Part shown: positions 12,391 to 27,011 of the stretch, piece after piece
How positions within the stretch are numbered: the stretch's first letter is position 1
Layout: each line of letters starts with the position of its first letter
Assembly: GCA_051294905.1 (NCBI GenBank)
Contig: CM119372.1
Location: forward strand, 11,596,001-11,660,000
From: Botryllus schlosseri
Lineage: Eukaryota
Length of the DNA stretch: 64,000 nt
Reading direction: 5' to 3'
Notes under the pieces: model-generated
What the model was told of the DNA's origin: nothing
The model's input: only the letters and a program-made list of their open reading frames with translations
Databases searched by the model: none
Position numbers and translations under genes: made by a program

Positions 12391-12664
12391 TGTTTGTTTG
12401 TTTGGGTATTCATGGTGGTTCTCGACTACTATGGTCATTTACACCAGGCCGATATTCTTCTTATTTTCCGTAACTGCCGACTTATAGCACGGCCCACCTC
12501 TAGGCTTTTTGTAAGACACCGCTGACGCGGATGAGGTGGCGAGGAGGAGCCTAGGTAAACCTTCAACACTTGGGTATCGGGATTCAGAAGTCGACCTCGG
12601 TCGGACTCGAACCCAAAACCCATTGGTGTTGCAGCCGCGGATTACACCACTGCGCTATCTCGCC
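12391..12664 (-). mobile_element. tRNA(Cys-like)-derived SINE in Hox2 intron 1
   Basis: Minus strand reads GGCGAGATAGCGCAGTGG (A box)..CTGCAAC (GCA anticodon-like loop)..GGTTCGAGTCC (B box), then a ~200-bp body and a (CAAA)n tail. Second copy at ~57211-57465. Confidence 0.8.
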
Positions 12665-15600
12665 ACAAATTGGCATGTGCTATGTGCATTAATATGTGCA
12701 AATAAATCGCATTCGACCGAGTTGGTAACGAAACTCCCTTGATTTCATGAAATCTCTGTAATAAAAATTTCCGTCCATTGTGCAATAGCTTTCATAAGCG
12801 ATTGCCAGGTCCATCATACAGTATTGCGGGGACCAAGCGGAGTAAACACAGCCAACCGATAAAATGGCTCACAATTTATATATCGGACAGTCGGAATCAA
12901 ATTACTTTCCCCAATGGCAATAACCAATAATGAAAGCCTTCCTATCCGAATAAGCATCATGAAATTGAGTAATTCGGGGATCGTGATTTCACTGAACCTT
13001 GACTCCACACCACTTGTTTGCAAATGTGCTCTAAGGGGCGGCGTCATGTCATTACATTCGGACCAACACAATGTTGACAAAATGGAACTCCATCTAAATC
13101 TGAATTACGGAAGTTGTTGCATGGGGCTAACAAACCAGGTCTTTTTCGCGATCGGGCATACCGAGATGGTATAAATGACACTTCATATTCGTATAGTCCT
13201 AAGTAAAATGTAACAATTGGAATCTATATTATAGTATGAATATTAAATTGATATTAATTTCATATTTATTTATACATTTATCTCGGGGAATAATAACACG
13301 GATTATTTTTTAAACAGTTCTTTACTCTTAGTTTCCAATAGTTAATTCCCTACTATTCTCTAATAATGCATTATTTGTTTGAAACACAGTCTACCTACAT
13401 AGTGTGAAGAACACAATGTACAATACACAAATGACAAAATCAATTACACATGTCCATGGTCTATCTTATCAAAATATGGATACAAAACCGACTTCACGGC
13501 ATTAATGCCAATCATCGTATACTAACGATAAAATAGGAGAGAAGGTGTTATAAATGGAAATCGGCATCTCGTACTAAATGTAGCATATACGTACTCGTAC
13601 TCTACATCCAGAGCAGCAATCCATCATACAAGTGTCACCACCACTAACTGTGATATATATCATTCACAAAACGGAACAAAGGATCATCACACGTTTCCAC
13701 GGATAATCCACAGATATGGTAGTATTAAACCGATGTTAAAAGGAAACAGACCGCTTTATCGGGATGTATGTGAGCAAACACGATACTCAACGCGAAGAGG
13801 TATTTAACGCTTGAGCGACTGGGATTATAGGAATGTCGATGTCACTCAAGTGGACGCGTTTTTCTTCTTTTAGGCAACGACCAACGGTCTGTTGTCTTAT
13901 AAGCCTTGCGGCATCCATACATACGTTTATAACGCGGTGAATAATAGGATTATATCCTACTTTTATGCAACAAGTAATCTAGCCATTTCTCCGACAGCGA
14001 ACTCCTGATTGCCCGACATGAAAGGTGAAAAGGGTGATTGACGTGATTATAACTGGATGAATGCGTCCGGGCGAAATTATGCGACGCCGTGTAACGCCGC
14101 ATCCAGATACTGTCATGAATTTTCAAACCATATTGCTTTCGGTGATCGAACACGCATAAGACAATGTCTTCTTACCCCTACGGCTCGTGAAGTCGCAAGT
14201 GCCGCCATACGAGTTACATGCGGTGTTGATATTAGACTTGAACCCATAATTTACGTATATGCAAGCGACCATAAGCTGAAATCATCACTATGTATATGGC
14301 ACACACATTTTCTGTCGAGATCAAAATGAGTCATGTTTCAACTAAAACATCCAATTATAGCGGCAGTAATTCGAAAACTATAGCGCACATGAACTTCGTT
14401 TGTTTAAAATAAAGCTCAAGCTGAATATCAAACAGGAAACAGGATGCCGCCTTTAACAGACGAACTTGTAGTTTAGGAAATACAACGTCCCAGCATTTAT
14501 AAGTGGCGAACCCCTACACCATAGGGCCTATGGTACACTCCTAAATCTATACAACAGTACCGAATACCCACTTGGAACAATGGCAGGATTGATGACGTCA
14601 CCAGACTGACCGATGACGATATTTTTACGGAGACAGATAACGGCCCGGTTCTAACCCACGGTGGCTACACACATACAAAGGGTCGTTTTACAAAGAGCGT
14701 ATCACGTACTGATCGGTTTTCACCTACCTACAGGTTCTTAGAAGTTGTATCATAATAGTCAAAGAATCATATCCGAAAGTAATTCTTGATTGTTTTCAAA
14801 TTGATATTAATGATGCTCACAACTCTTGGAAACGCTAACTGTATGAAGAACATTGTGATACTCTGTCATCGCTAAGAACACTAGATGTTTCTATACCTTG
14901 AAATGTGTCGATCGCTCCAAAGTCAACTCAACAACTCCCGTGACCCATGGATAATTTCAGTACCAAACGATTAGCATCGTCAATGAAATATGCAATATTA
15001 TTGTCCGTTTCATTCGACGTGGAAACCGCAACGTGATCTCGCAAATGACTAACGAGAACTCCGGTGTTGAAGACACATTCCTCTAGCTCTCTAGCTAGCT
15101 CTCAATTTTTATTACGAACCGTATATACACGGGCTCTTAATTTACAGAATACATTTCATCATAAACCATGAATTTTAAGCGTTTCATAATTGTTGCTAGT
15201 GATGTATTTTGCTACCACTGTGTCGCAAACAAAATGAAAGCTATCGTCATGAATTTTGCTTCTATGTTCGATGCACCGTAAATCCATGGGTGGAAATTAG
15301 GTGTAATTCTGTAATTCCATATGAACCATTATCGTAGGTATGAAAATGCTGCAAGCATAAAAATTAAGCACCCTGTGCCCATCGAACCCTCAAATAGTAG
15401 AGTCCCATATGCTAGGTAGCAGCAGTTTCGGAGTAATGAAAACGTGTTAAAGAATGGCTAAATAAGCTTTGATGCACATTTAATAGCAAGTTGCGAAAGC
15501 GGATTTAGTAAAAAATTATACTAATCAAAATTGTCACATCATATTCAGCATATGTTCTACACATAGAATACACATATTACCCCGTAAATCCCATATGTTG

Positions 15601-17476
15601 TGGCCGGAAAGAGATCTTATCTAGTGAAAATCTGCCCAAACTATGTCAAAACGGGTCGCCGAAATAAGTCAAAATTGTTAGTCACACATTTGGCAACAAT
15701 TAACCGTCTTACATCTGCCCAGACAATACACATTGCAGCTGAGACAATGTTCTGAATTTTCTGACAAACACGTTCCAAGAACATGTTTGCTCTCTGACTT
15801 CATCAACCTATTGTGACATCAAAATCCTATATATCTCAATTATCTTGATAATATATTGTCATGTAGTTTACGAGTTAAGATTCCCTTTGTATTCCAGAGT
15901 TCTACAAACGTCTTGACTGTGAAAGAAGCTAAAATGTACTCCCAATGTATTTGTGACATTTAGCACACTCACACACATGTCATTCGTAACATTTAGGGAG
16001 AAAAATCGGATGCTTGTTACTGGACTTACTGTCACTTACTGCTACTTGATCTGCTACCGAAAGTCGTTGACGGAATTAGTCACCCACACAATTGCAAGGC
16101 TCACATTTTCTTAATACCATACCTGAATTTCTATTCCGTTTTCGAAGAAATAAGTAAACCAATCAGTCCAGACAAATCTATACTGAAAGTGCATACGCAT
16201 GGTCATTGGTCATGGTCATCCTACTTAGTAAAATCATTCCATACTAGCGCTGGAACATGGGCCAAAAAGACTTCAGGCGAGGCCACTGTATTCCGTTTGC
16301 TTTCGTCAAGTCATCACGTTAATTGCTGAAGTATGGAATCGCTCTCATGTAGATCGGGTTGCCAGACGATGTCTTTTAAGAGGCCCAACTAATTTTATCT
16401 ATACAGACGTGAAGGGTCGCCTAAGGCGCAACGTTTTTGCCAGCCTATAAAAATATCAATTGTTACAAGCAGCAAAGCCCGAAATTAACACAAACTAAGC
16501 ATGAGATAAAAAGTAATACTTGTAAATGTTTCAGATACTGTAGATCAAACGACATTCACCTCTCCCAGACTGATGTGAATATGTCATGGTATGTGTGGCA
16601 AGACCTACGAAAAAGGCAGGCTTCAAAGATATTTAGCGACAGATCCTGATGGCGAAGTATTGAAATTTCACTTTACACTAGCAGCAGGAATCTATACAGA
16701 CGTGACGTTTGTACATTATTGAACTAATCCTTATAAAGCTTTTCGTCATTTGTAGAAATAAGTCAGAACAGGCTGGCCAATTTGTGGCTCGCGATCGGCA
16801 AGCTTGACTTTTTTCGTGGTTGCGTGCGTTGGGCTGCATTTAAAACAATTGTTGTTTTAAAATTATGTTTAAGTTATATCGGCATTGTGTAAATACTTTC
16901 GAAAAAAAAAACGTTCAACAGTTATAGCAAGTAAATATGTATCATTGGTACGTAATGGATGTTTTGATGATGACCGCCGACCGTAAAAATGCTACATAAC
17001 GATGTAGTCCTGGCTAAAGATATTTTTTGGTCCGTTTAAGACAGGGTCGGAAGTCTTTTGCGTCAAAGGAGCCATATGTACCATATATTTTCAATTGTCA
17101 ATGTCAATCGAGTGTGACGCCACAATTAAAGATTCGTGGCGTCATCGCTAAATTTGAGCCAAGTGTGTTAAAAACAAACAAACAAAGCAATAAAATCATG
17201 TTTTAAAAAGGGTTATGCTTAAAAGTGTTTGATTTAAATTGAATTTTGTTTTAAATGCAACGATAAATCGCGCGGCTCTTGTCGAAGTTTTGATTTTCAA
17301 CTGTCATCGTCGTATATCTATTTCCGTTCGCTTACAAATCTCAAACGCCGCCTATCACACAGGCTATTGTGCTATGCCATTTAGGGTATTGTACGTTAGT
17401 AAATGGACAATTACAAATGAACTGAGCTGTATGAACTGAAACAAACGAACTAACGAAAGTCCACCGATAGAGAACA

Positions 17477-17496
17477 TGTGTGTGTGTGTGTGTGTG
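17477..17496. repeat. (TG)n microsatellite
   Basis: Run of TG dinucleotides in intron 1. Confidence 0.85.
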
Positions 17497-20400
17497 TTTC
17501 GGGTACTCTCAGCACCTTTATTCGTTGAAATTCATTTTTAGCGAGTTTATTGGTTATTATTAGCTAATTAAATCGGGTTTGACCTATTACTGTTAATAGG
17601 CGCACTGTAAGCAAGATAACCATATCTGTAGTTGGACAATACTGATAACGGGTGTGGGACTATTCGGCGCAGCCATTTCTACGCCGGTGGTTTCAACGTT
17701 AAGACACACCCAATTATTATTACCAAATGTAGACCAACCTTGACTATAAAATTGATCACAACATGTTCTCTGACACCTTTGACCTCGATAATGTTCTGGC
17801 GCATGAATGTCCGATTTCGAAACGGCAGGATCCGGATAGTCCCAATCCCAACATAACGTATTTATAATTAAAACGTCAAATGGAATCGGAGTGTTGCGTG
17901 AATATTTACAGCCAGGAGAAAAATGAGGATGAACTAACATATAACGTTTTAGCGAAATGAGATAGATGACAGTCGTACAAAGTAGCCTCATGGCAAGCTC
18001 TAGCCCCCACAATTCCATGCTTAGTCAGTATAACATTACCTCTGTTGGTTACGCGATAATGGATCCTCGACATCACGATCACGTTGATTTACGCATCTTA
18101 ACATATACAGCTCCAAATGTTATTAACTAAACTTCCTTCCTGCCTAAGCCGATAGTGACATTTTATCAATTCGGCTAATCAAAGGCACGAGTTTATGCAT
18201 GTGAATGGATGAGGAGTACCCACTGCCCAGTGCCCAGATATATGATTAGGTTCTTCATCGCACCACAGTAAAATGAGGATCTTTGACCCTGACTAGTTTA
18301 CCTGTTTGTTGCCCCAGTATCACAAGATAGAAGGGAACTTCTTGTTGCGAACGGAACAAGCCGAATACATGTTCGTAATTGCCAAAAAAATAAACAAGAT
18401 GCAAATCACTTTCGATAATTTCACGAACATTATTCGGTCACTGACTCGATAATGGACGTATCCGAAAAGAACTTTATAGAAGGCGGAACTTTAAAGGAAA
18501 AATCGGCGACGTCACAATACAAGGATACCAAAGTTAGAGAAGGTATGAGTACACTTTCCGATTGTCTGTGGCAAGGAAATACTCACTACTTGAACACTGT
18601 GACCTTTTCAAAGCAGTCGCACCTGCGTTTTGGTTGCGAGGTGACAACAACAAATATTTAATTTACTCTGTTATCACGGCAGTAGTTTGCGCCACATTTT
18701 ATCGCATTACCAGTTAATACTATCACATTGACAATTCATTTCGTTATCAGGGAATGTAATATCCACCTTGTTGAAGTACCGTTAGCATTGCAAACACTTC
18801 TAAAACTTTTCCCAATATTATCGCTTTTGTGTGACGGGTATTCGACACATATTTTATATACGGCCACTGAATATACAACGGAACGCAAGATTTATCTTTC
18901 GAGAATGGTGGGCAATATCTGTATAGCAACTCCTTCTCACGTTTAAATGGCGTTAGAGATTGCTTACCGTGGGCGGTATACGCCGCCTAAAGCTTCCTTA
19001 TTGATTCAAGGAAATTAAACATTGCTCTTTGTGTGTTCTCGACACATTGCACCGACAGGTAAACAATCTCATCGCCATCCTTGATGACAAAATGCTTTAT
19101 CACTGGGTTTCTATATTATCTCATAATGGTACGAGATGTAAGCAATTAATGTACCGAAAACGCCTGCGAGATACCGAGAAAATGTACCATAGAATCTTCG
19201 CACACAAAGAGCTTTCACGCTCACCGCGACTAAGCTTGTCCCACAGTTGCTGATTAATCGCTTGTATGTTTTAAGATTTTCTTTCGGACTATAATTAAAA
19301 TGGTTCCAGCAAGACTTGGACACACTTGCCCGGCGCTGGAGTCGATGCGCCATAAATTTTAACGACGCGGCATGACTATAGTGTTGGTTACATTTCAATA
19401 ATTCATGCTATACGACCAGCAGAAAAAGCACATATTCCGATGTCATTGAAGGTGGCCTGAATCGCACCTATACCCAACTGAAGCTTACGCGTCATTTTCT
19501 AAATTGACACCACATTCCCGGCCGTATTGATTTTCGGTTGGGCACCTCCAATTGTTATCGCTAGCGCCATGGCATTATGTTAGGTCATATCGATGGGAGG
19601 TATATAGGCTAATTGAGCGCAGAAACGGAACTCTCGGAGAGATGGAGTGCCACTGCTGAAATATTGGGTGTTGGCCCATATATTCGTGGCAATACATACT
19701 GGAGGAGTGGGTATGGGAATACTTGGACTTCAACTCAACGCCCAAATCGTGTTTTTTCGTTGCTTTTGTGAGCCCAAAATACACTTACTATACTCCTCAA
19801 ATGTTGTTGATAGGTAGGCTTTGCTTCGTAGTCACAAGTAAACTCGCTGGGAGCTAGGAGCAATATTTTAATTGCATCACGACTGATGGCGATGGGGTGG
19901 GGGTGGGCACCGTATTGGACAAATATTTCAAAACACATATTTTAATTACTTTTCCCTGTCTTGGGAGACAGGAGACATCGAACTCGACCATTTTTTCGGC
20001 TATAAAGACCCCGAAAAATTCAGAAATAATGTATAAAGGGCGGCATAAGTGGGTGCATATTACATAGCATTTCCTGCTAATGAGCAAGGACCCATTGGAT
20101 TCGGAGGCCTGCTGGAATCTAAGCCATTCCAACGTCGGCCAAAATTCCGACCAGCATAGGAAAAGGTTTTCGAATTTATAGTCATCTCGGCAAAGCGACG
20201 GGTGACGAGTAATGAGTAGAAGCTGTGTATTTTTAAATGGGGTACGAGAAAGACAATATTGCCTATACGATACTAAGAAATCGACCGGACCCATTACCGC
20301 GATTATGAAGTCTCTGGCGACTTGCTGACCCGGGTTCGAGCTCAAATGCTTGGGATATCACTAAATACTGATTGAAACTCCTAGACGTTTTATAAGTAAA

Positions 20401-20542
20401 GAGGACGAGAGATTATATATTCTTGAGTATTGCATATTGTTCGTTGTTACAACCAAACGGTAAAGTGAATGTGTGGTTCCACGTCGGACACAGATACCAA
20501 CAAAGAGTCTGATTAGATCAGCAAGAAGTAGGATATTTTGCA

Positions 20543-20585
20543 CAGATAGAGTGTGTGTGAGAGAGAGAGATACATAGATAGATAA
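20543..20585. repeat. Compound (GT)n(GA)n(GATA)n microsatellite
   Basis: GATAGAGTGTGTGTGAGAGAGAGAGATACATAGATAGATA read directly. Confidence 0.7.
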
Positions 20586-23500
20586 CATATCTGATATATT
20601 TCATTGTAAAACCTGTCAATTGTAAAAGCTCACTAGTATGGGAGTCGTTTCGACACCTTTATATATATTTTCGGAATCAATTTTCGTATTCCCGCCTGAA
20701 GCTTCGATTCGAGTATACGACCGTATACTATTCCGTCGGAGTGCGGGCCATTGTCCCCTGAACTCGCATTTATACCATATCAAATGCTCGGAGACTCCCA
20801 ATTGTGGAAGACGTGGCACCCAGAAACAGTATCGCATTTTATATTATGTTGTTCTCGATTTGATTTTCACCGTCGATTCTAGTTGAATCGTGCAAATATA
20901 ACGGCATCGTATTTTGAATTGAAAATGTTTTCACGTCTCCCCAACTGGTAACTCCAGTAGAGGAATTTGTTTTGTCGTGTGAGAAATACCTGTAAAATCC
21001 CGTGTATGCTAATTATCATGTACGTGGTGCAAAATACCTAATTGGTCGTAAGCGCCACTATTGAAATAATAATATTAATATATATTTTCATTGTATTGCA
21101 ATCTTGTGGTGTTTTGAAATAATCAAAAGGACAATAAAACCAACCATGACAAAAACCTGTGGTTCCACAACAAAGTGTCGCAACGTGGCAAATTAATGCA
21201 ATATTTGTATAGTTGGACTTAATGAAATCGAAATGCTTTCCATACCGAGACAAAGTTCTATCGAAAATAAAGACTTTCTGTTCGTATCGGCGGCAACAAA
21301 TGAAGTATTTGCTGAATAGGAACTTACTTGTTCTCACCGTGAAAAGTCGAGCATAACATAGGAGAGTAGTCAAGTTATGAAATACAGTTATGTATGACAT
21401 AGTTCTTGAGCTGACTTTTAAAGACAATGAACGCTTGGGCGGTATATCGTGATTTTCACGTGTGTATTATAATACTCGGATCCTTCATAAGCCACAAGAA
21501 TCAATCTGCACAACTTTCAATTTTTATTGTAAGGATAGGATTTGTGACTGTATTCAATATTGTGTAATGATATAAATTGGTCGCACGTCCACATTTCGGA
21601 CTGCAGTTGAATTAATGTATGTATGCTCGTATAATACGTGGAATTAGTTTCGCGGGGAAAACGGAACGGCCGAAAAACTGTAGGGTAGGCCTATTTCATA
21701 TCGAAATCATTGTCGCGACGAAAATATAGCTGTTGCCACCTACTCCATAAACTTGACTACGTGTGTATAAACGGAAAATGCTAAATCCAACAATATCATC
21801 ATCGCTATTACGAAGATTTCGTGTCGTTGCCTACTGCACAGCACGCAATGCGACCAAGGGATACACTTGCATGATATTTTGCTGTTGACTAGACTTGACC
21901 ATTCCGAGGTCCACCTTGCAGCATGCACCTGCTAGCTACACTCATGAATAATTACTGTACCGTGAATATTTTTATCATCATAGATACACATGCCTAACAA
22001 GACACGGACACGAATATTAATGCCGGTTGGGTCAGGATCTGGATCACTTGGGGTTGATTTCCATCTGCCGATACATAGCTTATATGTAATAATCAGGTTT
22101 GACGTATATGTTAGAAAATAATGATTGTGAGGATCTTGGAATTAGTCTTGACACGCAGCTGACAACCTTGGGCAATATAATACGGAACAGAATGATTCTT
22201 CCGAAACGGCGCCATGACGGTCCCTAGGTATACAATACATGCACATATCAGATCCGGTTGTAGGGATTTTTGGAGTGCTTGGTTCATTTTATATATTACG
22301 TCCAACAGGATGTCATGGTACCACGTGGCGAATCAAGCACTGTATTCACCCCACTCATTTAAAAATAATTATCTTGATATACCGACCTTCAGTTATGTGA
22401 ATTTGACCGACGTTCCCACCGACTTGCCGCCAGTGCGTAAATATCTTATGTCGTGAAAAGTGTGTTACGCGAATATAATAGCTAATTAGAGACAGCCTAA
22501 TTTATGGCGGATCGTTCATGATGTAAGTAATAGACGAATAGCAGCAGGCTGCCACCATCTGCCCAGATTGCTCCAGATCAACCGTAATGACCCGTGGCAT
22601 GACGAATTTCGCACAAAATGCCTAAAAGAGTGCCTAATTCAAATATCGTAACTGCTGGTTTTGTGGCTTTGGTAAAATTTTCGACGAATTATTTTGCGTT
22701 TCTTTGGAGCAATATGTTACATTTGCAAACGATCTGTCCAGTCATATATTTGTAAAAATACCATTAATCTCGGATCATTACAGTTTCGCAATCACAGTCT
22801 TGAGTCGGGAAGCGTTCCGCGAACGGGGCGAGCATCTGTGGCGGGCAGAATTATTCTAGGAAACAGATCGTTGACAAGCCGGACAATAAGATGGATGGGT
22901 AACTCTTAAGATAAAAGAGGGTGAGATGCTACCGCGATAGGAGTGACAACGCATACCTTCCCATCTTTGACGGGTTCGTCTAACCATGTTTTAAAAGCCA
23001 ATCATATCTAATTCCGGTTAGTTAAAATTTCACATGACTCTGTACAGGAGTGGTATCAATAAGATGATTCAAATTCACGTTATTATGACAGATCACACTC
23101 CCTCTGAGTCAAACCATCCCAGATTGACACATGGAAGAGCACAGAAACAAGACCGGGCCCTCGAAAATTGCGTCTGTGATACGAAAGATTCACAAGCACA
23201 AAAATCCCCGAATTACTTACGGTATAGTTTCAACTAGCTCGTTTAACATACTCACTTTTAGTGGAACGAAGCGAGCGGTTGAGGTTAGTCTGACTCAGAA
23301 TAGGTATTGATGTGTAAGTTATGATTCACAATCGAAATTTGTACTACGAGGACCATTCCGCCTCATTGTTTCTTTAGTATAGCTCACCCAAGTTCAACAT
23401 CGTAATCTCATACATGGCGATCGCAAGTGGGAACTCGACACAGTCAGGACCCACATAACAGTTCCTACATTACGTAATTCCTCAGTTATAAATTTCAAAC

Positions 23501-26122
23501 CGGGCTTCCTGAGTGACCACTGCGCCCGAAAGCCCGGCAAGAGTGGCATATTTTCCTTGACCAAATCATCAATATACGCAGAACCAATGAAACTCTAAAA
23601 TGTAATGTAATTGCTTGACCGATAAACCACCGAAGCCGTACATGATTGGTATGCATCATCTACATGCTGGCGAATGAAACCCAATGGCACAGAAATCTCA
23701 AAATGGCGAACAATGTGTTGAAGGCCTCTGGCCAGGAGCTGTGATTGTTTATCGCGGAAATTTGGAGTAGAGGGATATCAAAGTATAATTCACAAACAAC
23801 TGCTGCAGTTCACACCAATCGCGTGCGTCGACGATACTTCGAGTTGTAGTCTGACCTATAATTATCATGAATATGAATTCTGATACATGGTAAAATGTTT
23901 ACATTGCTTACTGCCCGAATATAGAGAACAGCAATGATGCATGATGACAGTGGCATAAAATGGCTGAATGTAGACGCTTATACCTGATACACATTATGAC
24001 AGAGTCACAATAATAGTGATCGCACACGATAGAATACGGGAGAGGCTAATGAACATAAATCGCTCAAACATGATTGTTGTTTTGAATGATTTGAATTTTT
24101 TTTATATCAGGTCAGAACTGTTCAGACTCACTGAGAACAACTATATCCTTGAATTGCAACTATGATTCGTGTATTATAGTTATTACTCCATTTATAACAA
24201 ATCCTGTTTAAAACACACCTGTTCAAAAATATTTTAAACAATATTTTAAACAAAAGCGTTTTAAAACACATCGAGTGTTTTTTACAAAACCGTGAAATTA
24301 TATCATAATGGCCTAATTAGTTTCGAGACCGTGTGGCATGATCATAACGTCGACGACTACGTCTGCAAGAAATAGCGACTTTATGCATCATTGAGTACGT
24401 TTTATCAGTGAGCCTTGAATCACAGGGTTTTGCACTTTAACAACGACGTGACGTCATGGATTTATTTCGACGTTATGGACATACATAATTACGCAAAGGA
24501 ACTATTGTTGGCTTTTTTTTGAGCATTTTCGCATTGTGAGCAACTAAATACAACCCTCCATTTATTATGCCGAGTCTATTCCCAGGCACATTGAGGGGAT
24601 CATTAGATGCGACGGAAGTGACATTCCATAGCTTGGCCTGTATAACTTATGCCAACGAATAATGCCGATTAGCTGTATAGCAATGTATGGAATTGGCTTC
24701 AGCCCATTTATGACCTGTGACATAAGAAATTATGACACATTTTGAATATACATTATACTTGATGCTGCAAATACCCTCATGACTCAAGATGGTCTGATTA
24801 TAGATGATGTAGAAGAAAACGTGCGAAGGTCACGCAATTGCTACTTAATGCACATCAGTTTTTCGTGATTTTAGTACGTGAACATGAACATATTTCTCGA
24901 ATACAAGTATAGTATAAGTTTCGAGCATGCGATGTTGTCGTTGCACAATGCACATATACATACAAGCGAACGAAATATTGTAATTATGGATTATATTTTC
25001 TGTACATATAGGTGGTATCAGTCACCTATATAAACAGATCATGCTATTACATATTTTACAGGACTTGGTTAAGTGAGCGAATCTTCTGTAACACCTAACA
25101 CCGACACTCATTGCATACAATATAAAACGAGAACTGTACGATATCTCATTCGCATCCAACATTCCAAACCCTTTTCATAACTGTCGTGAGGGGGACTAAG
25201 TATAGTCCACATATGCATCATCAACAATAACTGGTCTGTAAAGTTCAGTCGAGGAATAATTTATACACAACTAAAACGCTCATCGTGAATGGTCAATTTC
25301 TGGAAATGCCGTGGTGTCAGTAAAATTCTACAGCGTGGGTTCTATTTCACAACTCGAATCACGGCAAATAAATTCCTAGATGGTTGTATAGAAGCAGTAA
25401 TATGGAGAGTTACTATTACATAATATTAATAAAAACGATCTAGTGACCATAGTGACGATCTAGTTGACCATATGAACTCACGAGTGTAGAGTGGAAACAG
25501 ATCACTGGGCTGTCGCTTTTAGAATTTTATCCCTAACTTTTTTTCAAATTGGCTGAATGAACGACAAGCAGCATTTTATTATTGCCGATTGTATTCTAAT
25601 CCCCACCGACTTCGTCATGTAAACAGTTTCGTTGTAATCTACTCAAAGAATTATTCACGCTGTAACTAATAACCTAAGCTGACTATTTCTTATTACAATT
25701 TGAATATATACAACAAAAGCAATACGCTACCTTTTCACCACTGAATCGCAGGGTTACCATGGAATTCTAGTTAGACATTGTTTTTTCATAGATTAAGGGT
25801 TATAATAACCCAACTCGTTTTACATTCATTATTAGCTAAGGTCAACACAACTATGAATGAGATATTTCATCTGCTATTGTTCAGCACCAATTGCAGTCCT
25901 CGATACGATTACGTACGGTCTAACCACGGCAGTGGATCGATGTCAAGTCTCGCGGGACACTGAACTACTGTAGCCTTTATTGCAGCCATACCTTTCACGT
26001 GCGTTCCAATAACCCCACAACCCCATCCACTGAAGTAGATATTTTGATAAAGTATTGGTATAAAGAGGTGAATAAATCACTCACGCCAATCCAACTGATG
26101 CAATATAAAATACTTTACTCAC

Positions 26123-27011
26123 GACGCGTTTCCTGGTGCTTTTTGCCTGCTTTCTTTTCCCTCATCCAAGGATAGTCTGGGTGTGGAGTGGTCATATAAT
26201 TAGGAATCATAGCAGGCGATTGGTGCGGGTCATAGTTCCCAAAATTATTGACCATGGCTCTGTCGTACATTGATGTCATGGTATTACTGCTTCCGTCGCG
26301 CCACCGTTGTAGATCCGGAACACAGTGCCCCTGCGGTAACAATGTCGGGGCTACGTCTGACGGGATATGGTGCATTTGACGATCCAAATTATGTGGATAA
26401 CCGTGAACCCTGTCATTGTATCCGTTGTCATGAGGAATTTGATTAAGTCCGTTCATGATGTCGCGTGGTACTGGCTGTAAGTCCATCGGCATCGGCATCT
26501 CCCCGGCAACATCGAACCTATGATGCGGGTGCGGATAGGGATAGCCCTGCATTTCTGGCTTATGATCTTGTTTAACGTAAGACGATCGCCCGTTTGAAGC
26601 GTTATATTGAGACTGGCTTCGCATTCGCGACATTAAGCCTACTCCAGTAGGGATTGCGTCGGGGCTATTGATTTTACAGTGTGAAGTAAAGGAGTCCCAA
26701 CGCTGATATTCCTGTACAGTATCTCCAGACATTGTAGCGCATGAAACAATGGGCGGCGACGGGAGCTTCTGCATCACACACCGTTCTGGATGGTGTGTGA
26801 AGTCTTCGATTTCCGACCTGCGCTTCGCTAAGCTGCAATCAGATCTGTCCACGCTACGAAATTTTTCCGCACGCTGCGACGCACTTGATGTTGACGTGCG
26901 GATAGGAAATTCACGACTCCTCGAAAGAGAGTTTTCTTTAGGACCAAGATTGAAGCATTCCGCCAAGCTAGGCTGTGAGTTGATAAATCCTGTCTCTCGA
27001 ACTGAGGTCAT
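26123..27011 (-). CDS. Hox2: Hox2 (proboscipedia/PG2 homeobox protein) coding exon 1
   Basis: ORF begins MTSVRETGFINSQPSLAECF, matching the Hoxa2/Hoxb2 N-terminal motif (REIGFINSQPSLAECL), and ends PDYPWMREKKAGKK (PG2-type hexapeptide). Donor C|GTGAGT at 26123/26122 is phase 1, compatible with exon 2. Confidence 0.93.

Noticed and set aside
12590..12664. Apparent tRNA-Cys gene
   Set aside because: Stems do not pair into a cloverleaf and it continues into a repeated body and tail, so it is a SINE head.
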